NCBI RefSeq assembly: GCF_001194135.2
Contig: NC_068982.1
Location: 84,597,446-84,654,247, forward strand
Source: Octopus bimaculoides
Lineage: Eukaryota
Direction: 5' to 3'
Length of the DNA: 56,802 nt
This document shows positions 49,960 through 56,802 of the stretch, piece after piece (positions within the stretch are counted from its first letter, which is position 1; each line of letters opens with the position of its first letter). A model generated the notes under the pieces. The model searched no databases, was not told the origin of the DNA, and worked only from the letters and a program-made list of their open reading frames with translations. The position numbers were made by a program, and so were the translations under genes.

Positions 49960-51210
49960 TAATAGGGCCTCTCACTCAGAGTAAAAGGTAGACTGTATGA
50001 TGCATGTGTGCGAACAGCCATGCTACATGGCAGTAAAACATGGGCCGTGACTGCTGAGGACATGTGTAAGCTTGCAAGGAATGAAGCCAGTATGTTCTGC
50101 TGGATGTGTAATGTCAGTGTGCATACACAACAGAGAGTAAGTGCCCTAAGAGAAAAGTTGGATTTAAGAAGCATCAGATGTGGTGTGCAAGAGAGATGAC
50201 TGTGCTAGTATGGTTATGTGTTGCAAATAAACGAGAACAGCTGTGTGGAAAAGTGTTACACCCAAGCAGTTGAGGGAACCTGTGGAAGAGGTAGACCCAG
50301 GAAAATCTGGGATGAGGTGGTAAAGCACGACCTTCGAATATTGTGCCTTACTGAGGCAATGACTAGTGACCGAGACCTTTGGAGATAGGCTGTGCTTGAG
50401 AAGACCCGACAAGCTAAGTGAGACCATAGCCCATGGCCTATGCCAGTGGGTGTAACCAGCCCATTTATGAATATTCCTTATTTATTGGACAATAAACCTT
50501 GCTTGTGAAGACCTATTGAGGCAAGTGAAATCAAAATCAAAATCAAAATCAAAATCAAAATCAAAATTGCTGACATGGCCAATGATAGTACTTCCTGATT
50601 GGCACTCGTGCCAGTAGAATGTTAAAAGCACATCCGAACGTGGGGTATAACCGGCTCACTTATGAGTACCCCTCATTCATTGGACAATGAACTTTGCTTG
50701 CGAAGCCCTATTGAGGCAAGTGTAAACAAATCAAAATTGCTGACATGGCCTGATTGGCACTCGTGCCAGTGGAACATTTAAAAGAAGCATATCCGAGCAT
50801 GACCTTTGCCAGGGCCACGGATTGGCTCCTGTGCTGGTGACACATGAAAAGTACCATTCGAGCGTGATCGTTGCCTTACTGGCACATGTGCCAGTGACAC
50901 GTGAAAAACAACATTCGAGCGTGGTCGTTGCCAGTGCTGCCGGACTGGCTCCCATGCAGGTAGCACGTAAAAACACCATTTGAGCGTGGCCGTTGCCAGA
51001 ACCACCAGACTGGCCCTCGTGCCAGTGGCACGTAAAAAGCACCCACTACACTCTTGGAGTGGTTGGCATTAGGAAGGGCATCCAGCTGTAGAAACTTTGC
51101 CAGATCAGATTGAGTCTGGTGCAGCCTCTGGCTCACCAGACCTCAGTCAAACCGTCCAGCCCATGCCAGCATGGAAAGCAGACATTAAACGATGATGATG
51201 ATGATGATAA
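49960..51210 (+). mobile_element. 5'-truncated RTE LINE with complete 3' UTR and (GAT)n tail
   Basis: GRLYDACVRTAMLHGSKTWAV; GRGRPRKIWDEVVKHDL; UTR 50420-51190; tail gatgatgatgatgataac. Confidence 0.93.
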
Positions 51211-52499
51211 CAATGAAAATAATACAAAACAATTTAATGCACAAAAAANNNNNNNNNNNNNNNNNNNNNNNNNNNNNNNNNNNNNNNNNNNNNNNNNNNN
51301 NNNNNNNNNNNNNNNNNNNNNNNNNNNNNNNNNNNNNNNNNNNNNNNNNNNNNNNNNNNNNNNNNNNNNNNNNNNNNNNNNNNNNNNNNNNNNNNNNNNN
51401 NNNNNNNNNNNNNNNNNNNNNNNNNNNNNNNNNNNNNNNNNNNNNNNNNNNNNNNNNNNNNNNNNNNNNNNNNNNNNNNNNNNNNNNNNNNNNNNNNNNN
51501 NNNNNNNNNNNNNNNNNNNNNNNNNNNNNNNNNNNNNNNNNNNNNNNNNNNNNNNNNNNNNNNNNNNNNNNNNNNNNNNNNNNNNNNNNNNNNNNNNNNN
51601 NNNNNNNNNNNNNNNNNNNNNNNNNNNNNNNNNNNNNNNNNNNNNNNNNNNNNNNNNNNNNNNNNNNNNNNNNNNNNNNNNNNNNNNNNNNNNNNNNNNN
51701 NNNNNNNNNNNNNNNNNNNNNNNNNNNNNNNNNNNNNNNNNNNNNNNNNNNNNNNNNNNNNNNNNNNNNNNNNNNNNNNNNNNNNNNNNNNNNNNNNNNN
51801 NNNNNNNNNNNNNNNNNNNNNNNNNNNNNNNNNNNNNNNNNNNNNNNNNNNNNNNNNNNNNNNNNNNNNNNNNNNNNNNNNNNNNNNNNNNNNNNNNNNN
51901 NNNNNNNNNNNNNNNNNNNNNNNNNNNNNNNNNNNNNNNNNNNNNNNNNNNNNNNNNNNNNNNNNNNNNNNNNNNNNNNNNNNNNNNNNNNNNNNNNNNN
52001 NNNNNNNNNNNNNNNNNNNNNNNNNNNNNNNNNNNNNNNNNNNNNNNNNNNNNNNNNNNNNNNNNNNNNNNNNNNNNNNNNNNNNNNNNNNNNNNNNNNN
52101 NNNNNNAGCACTTGAAATGACGAATAAAGGAACTAAATATTAGTTGAGAATGATTCCTGGATTACCATTCATGCAGGGAGCACAAAAGATAGTATTAAGT
52201 GTTAACTGTAAACATAAACAGACTATATGAAAAGAAAGAATGGTGGCAGAAGACTGATTAGTATAGACCATTTTATAAGGAGTGAAAGGAGAACGCTTAC
52301 TGAGTATTTGATAAATAGAGACGAAGATCTGCTGCAATATCCTGGGACCCATATTATTTTTGATGTTTTTAATTGCTATATGTAGAACGATGGTGATAAT
52401 GATAATCACTGTGGTTATGGAGGCGACACAATGCAAGCACATTATTTATATGTGTATGTACATACACGTGCATGTGTATATACAAATAAAGAGAGGAAG

Positions 52500-54140
52500 A
52501 GAGAGATGGGATCTCAATAACAACTCTTGTGGGAACTCCACGAATGACTCATGAAATCATGATGCAGTATCACAAGGAAATTGCCTGCATTAGGGGCAGT
52601 GATCTGGCCTCGGACTGTTGTTATGTCACAATGGATCACATATACAGTGTGTACAAAAACAGACATAAGTGGATGAAGGAAGAGTACGATACACTTATTG
52701 AATGTCATGAAAGAGCAAAGCTGGAAGGAAGTCACAGAGTAGGCTGATGTGCCTTGAAATTTTGGATGGAAAAGGACGTGTGTCCAATGTCAGAAAATAA
52801 ACTAATGAACCGAGTGAAAATGGTTAGGAGGAAGGGTTACTTAACTGGAGTAGAAATATCTGAGAGACCCTGTGGATGGGCTACAAAGGATGGTCAGAGT
52901 TGAAAACAGAGAGGAAGAAGTTGAAAGCAGAGAGAAGAGTAGACAGGAGGAATAGGGAAATGGTGATGGGGCTGTTAATGATGTGGAATAGGAATGTTAT
53001 ACAGGTCAACGAGAAAGTTGATGACACTGCATGGGGCGCTACACTCTAAAGCAAACATAAACAGACTGTATATGTAAAGAAAGAAAAGTGGTAGAGGACT
53101 AATTAGTATAGACCATTGTATAAGGAGTGAAAGAAGAATGCTTGCTGAGTATTTGATAAACAGTGACGAAGACCAGCTGCAATATGCTATGAAAGATATG
53201 GGTGCAAATGCAGATGAAATGATGAGCAAGGAAGAGTTTAACCAAAGAGCTGAGAAGAAGAGAAAAGAAGACCTTGAAATGAGAATGCATGGACAGTTTG
53301 AAAGGAATACACAGGACATTAAGGATAATACACCATCGTAGGCATGGTTTGAGCGAGGTGATTTGAAGTGTACCACTGAAAGCCTCACCATTACTGCACA
53401 AGACCGTGCTCTCACTACAAATTCAATGAAGTATGATATCTATAAAACTTCTGACACCCAGAAATGCAGACTCTGTGGAAAGAGTGTGGAAAATGTGACC
53501 CATTTGGTAAGTGGATGTGAGAGCCTTGCACAAAAAGAATACAAGTGCCGCCACAATAAAGTGTTTGTATTACTTCATTGGTTCTTATGCCGTAAATACC
53601 AATATTAAGTAACAGAGAACTGGTATGAGCATGTACCAAGTGAAGTTATCCAGGAGGATGGAAAAGTAACGATACTCTGGGACTATGATTTTCAAACGGA
53701 TCTTGTAAATGAACACTGTCGGCAGGATATTGTCATATTGAATAAGAGAGACAAATACTGTCAGATCATTGCTGTAGCCATACCAAATGACATGAATGTT
53801 GCGAGTAAAGAGGTTGAAAAAATCACTAAGTAATCTGAAATGAAAGGGGAAAGGCAATGAAAGGGGAATGCAAGCGGATAATGTAAAAGTGATACCAGTG
53901 GTGATCGGAGTGTTGGGCTCAATCTCATTGAAACTTTAAGACTTCATAAGGCAACTTGAAATCCCATGCAAGATTGATGTCTTGCAAAAAGCAGCCTTAT
54001 TGGGCACAGCACACATCTTAAGGAAAGTATTATCTGTCTGAAGTCCTTGTTGTGACTTGACAGATGATTAAAGATTCCGGGGCATTTTTACCTACACTGT
54101 GTTACAAATGAAGGAATAATGATAATAACAGTAATAATAA
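52500..54140 (+). mobile_element. Dong/R4-like element lacking the RT domain (N-terminus fused to C-terminal CCHC/RLE); an extra C-terminal fragment lies at 52107-52345
   Basis: HKWMKEEYDTLIECH...SENKLMNRVKMVRRKGYL is followed within ~150 bp by LHGALHSKANINRLY; CRLCGKSVENVTHLVSGC; RQDIVI; KVIPVVIGVLG; LQKAALLGTAHILRKVL; 3' UTR; TAA tail. Confidence 0.82.
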
Positions 54141-54293
54141 TAATGAGAATTTATCATTTAAGCTACAAAAGCCTGTAAATTCATCTCAAAACTTTCCTTA
54201 TACTTTTGTTTTTTGCACTCTCTTTTGAGAAACATGAAAATTGAGTGAAAAATGTCAGTCATTTTTACCATGGAACATGTTTCTTTCACTTAC

Positions 54294-54405
54294 CTTTATT
54301 CTGCTTGCCTGTCCAATGCGAATAGGAGGTATCATACCAACTTGGAGTTGAGCAACATGGAAGGAGGAGTGTAACCCAAATACCTCAACCATTCCATCAT
54401 TATAG
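54294..54405 (-). CDS. DGKE: Diacylglycerol kinase epsilon-like gene, penultimate coding exon (accessory domain)
   Basis: On the minus strand, the acceptor ctaatctttcAG (AG at 54407-54406) precedes a 112-bp exon and the donor GTAAGT starts at 54293. Translation after one leftover base: YNDGMVEVFGLHSSFHVAQLQVGMIPPIRIGQASRIK. This matches the DGK accessory motif DDGLLEVVGxxGSFHxAQIQV...RIGQA typical of DGK-epsilon. It ends in phase 0. Confidence 0.9.
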
Positions 54406-55194
54406 CTGAAAGATTAGAGTTTTATTTCATATCAATTAATGCAATGTTTAATTAGTTGTAAAGTCTGAATTTGAAAATAAATAATGTCTTGCACCAAGAA
54501 ACTGGGAAACTTATATTGTGCTGAACAGAATATAAAAACTAAGTAAATCTTTAGGGGATGAAAAAAAGTAGATGATTTCTGATCCCAATCATGTGCGTGT
54601 GAGTACAATGAGCCATTCTATTACTCATTTTTGAGTAATGGAATGTAGCATATCTGCACATGATGGATCCATGCACTCAAGGAAATTACCATTCTTCAAA
54701 AACAGTTTATTTTTTAATTACCTAAATGTTTATTTTTCACTCATAATATGTTTGCTTTTAAAAGGAAATGGTTCTCACTATAGTAAGCAATACTTCATTT
54801 ACGCACCAAAATAATATGGAAAGTAAGACAAAAACTAAGAATCACAGTTGTTGAAAACAGAAATCCCAAAAACCTTTTTGAGGGGTTAAAAAATGACACA
54901 AAGATTTACAGTAAGTTCCACAAAATGGGATTAGACTGGAAGTACACATCGCAGTGAATATGCTATCGCTTGATCTATTGAAACAGGATGACAGCCACAT
55001 TGAAGCTTTCAAAATAAAGAATTGGAATTAAATTTTTATAAAGATATATTCAAATTGTAATTAATGATTTTATACTACTTGTTTTAGACTGAACAGTGCA
55101 GTCCTAAAGTTTTGGCTACATAGGATTGTAGGAACCTGCTTCATGCTCTCTTTCTCGTTCCATTATGATATGATACATACACACATCATATATA

Positions 55195-55581
55195 TATTTG
55201 TGGCACTCCGTCAGTTCCAATGACAAGGGTTCCAGTTGATCCAATCAACGGAACAGCTTGCTCGTGAAATTAATGTTCAAGTAGCTGAGCACTCCACAGA
55301 CGCATGTACCCTTAATGTAGTTCTCAGGGAGATTCAGTATGACACAGAGTGTGACAAGGCTGGTCCTTTGAAATAAAGGTACAACAGAAACAGGAAGAAA
55401 GAGTGAGAGAAAGTTGTGGTAAAAGAATACAGCAGCATTCGCCCCCACCCCCACCAGAGCCTCGTGGAGCTTTAGGTATTTTCGCTCAATAAACATTCAC
55501 AACGCCTGGTCTGGGAATCGAAACCGCAATCCTATGACTGCAAGTCCACTGCCCTAACCACTGGGCCATTGCATCTCCACA
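55195..55581 (-). mobile_element. tRNA-derived SINE family C
   Basis: Head gtggagatgcaatggcccagtggttagggcagtggacttgcagtc..ggtttcgattccc (A box TGGCCCAGTGG, B box GGTTTCGATTCC) plus a ~300-bp non-tRNA body. Confidence 0.85.
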
Positions 55582-55999
55582 TACACACACACACACACAC
55601 ATATATATATAAGAGAGAGAGAGAGAGGGCAAGTGGGTTTGGTTGATGGAAGCTGAAAGAAGCCCGTCATATATATATATATATATATATTTTAATTATA
55701 AATTTCTTAAAAACTAGAAAAAATTAAACACATAGAATTGCATTAAAAAAATAATTTGCATAACAGCTTTAAAATTTTCTAAAGCTGACTTTCATATCCA
55801 TATTTTATCCAAGAGATTTGTATGTACTACATAAATTCTTCCCTTCCTATATTGGACCTGATGCAGTACTGTGGTACAAATTCAAAAAGGCTTCAAGACT
55901 CAATCTTGTTTATGAGAAGCCTATTCCGAGCAAGTGGAAAAGTTGGAGACTAAATGTATTGGCTAAATAGTGTTATCAAAACGAACTAATATATATATA

Positions 56000-56678
56000 T
56001 ATATAAATAATAATAAAGGAGTTACGACGCAAAAACGTATATATTCAAATGAACATATTTATCTTCTTCAATATATATTTCAGTATAAAGAATTCATTAA
56101 GAGACTTAATAAATCAAAATTTCTTTACACATCATTCAGGAATAAATATAACATCAGAAAAAATACATTCGGTTTAAAAACACAAACTGTTCATGGCGAA
56201 AAAATTTCACAATTACAAAAAACCGAACAAAATTTTTAAAGTTTTAGCAAAAAGAACGCTATTACCTACATACAGGCATCCGCGTGTGCGCCCGTACACA
56301 TACGCACACACGTTCATGCGTGCACACACATTCATGCGCACACACACACGTTCATGCGCGCACACACGTGCACGCTCACATGTGTGGATGTATGTGTGTA
56401 TGTGTGTATGTGTTTATGACTTGTGAACTTTGCTTGTTTGTGTATGCATACATGGTTTTTTGTAATTGTGAAATTTTTTCGCCATGAACAGTTTGTGTTT
56501 TTAAACCGAATGTATTTTTTCTGATGTTATATTTATTCCTGAATGATGTGTAAAGAAATTTTGATTTATTAAGTCTCTTAATGAATTCTTTATACTGAAA
56601 TATATATTGAAGAAGATAAATATGTTCATTTGAATATATACGTTTTTGCATCGTAACTCCTTTATTACTATTTATATA
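56000..56678. mobile_element. Fold-back/MITE-like element with 225-bp inverted arms inserted in (TA)n
   Basis: 56000-56224 is the reverse complement of 56454-56678, with 2 mismatches seen. The 229-bp spacer carries CA/GT repeats. Confidence 0.92.
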
Positions 56679-56802
56679 ACCAAAAGGATCGATTCTTGAA
56701 GCGTCTGCATACCTTCACTGTCATTTTTTTCTGCTATTTTGGTGATGATTTTTTGAGTTAGCTTACCAATTATTTTTGTCGGTAGTTAATTTATAATATA
56801 TT

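Larger units (their letters stand above)
30938..54293 (-). other. DGKE: Last intron of the DGKE-like gene (23,356 bp, GT-AG), almost all TE-derived
   Basis: Bounded by the GTAAGT donor and the polypyrimidine-AG acceptor of two in-frame collinear exons. No DGK peptide is missing between them. Confidence 0.82.

Noticed and set aside
8345-52120. Long track ORFs containing X runs (e.g. 13396..14700, 21843..23069, 51110..52120)
   Set aside because: They are open only because N-gaps contain no stops.
55500-55581. tRNA gene (also the heads at 17040-17115, 19193 and 41353)
   Set aside because: A/B boxes are present, but the acceptor stem does not close and each continues into a multi-copy SINE body.
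54406-56802. Further upstream DGKE exon (LNI..WGGG motif)
   Set aside because: Not found on the minus strand in the remaining 2.4 kb; presumably beyond the window.

Overview
AT-rich, repeat-saturated animal genomic DNA with 11 N-gaps. The microsatellites and SINE/LINE families look like a coleoid cephalopod (Octopus-like; inference). The only host gene I can support is the 3' end of a diacylglycerol kinase epsilon (DGKE)-like gene on the minus strand. It has a 112-bp penultimate exon (54405-54294, absent from the ORF track) and a terminal coding exon (30937-30824), separated by a 23,356-bp intron. Everything else is decayed mobile DNA, in two compartments. Downstream of the gene (about 1-29 kb) is a nested pile of Helitron, Gypsy-type LTRs, Chapaev3-like, piggyBac, hAT-like, mariner and RTE relics. 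The gene region (29.4-56.8 kb) holds Dong/R4-like RLE LINEs (all antisense to DGKE), (TAA)n-embedded tRNA-SINE arrays, RTEs, a MULE and a Penelope-like element. Main items for follow-up: (1) a Penelope-like element with ~375-bp inverted pseudo-LTRs whose left arm carries a foldable variant minimal hammerhead ribozyme on the DGKE sense strand; (2) a two-LTR element with a tRNA-Trp PBS and only 198 bp of internal sequence; (3) strong strand and target bias of Dong LINEs and SINEs in the intron; (4) several long fold-back elements. No CRISPR, rRNA or true tRNA genes were found. Most repeat boundaries are approximate and were set by eye.
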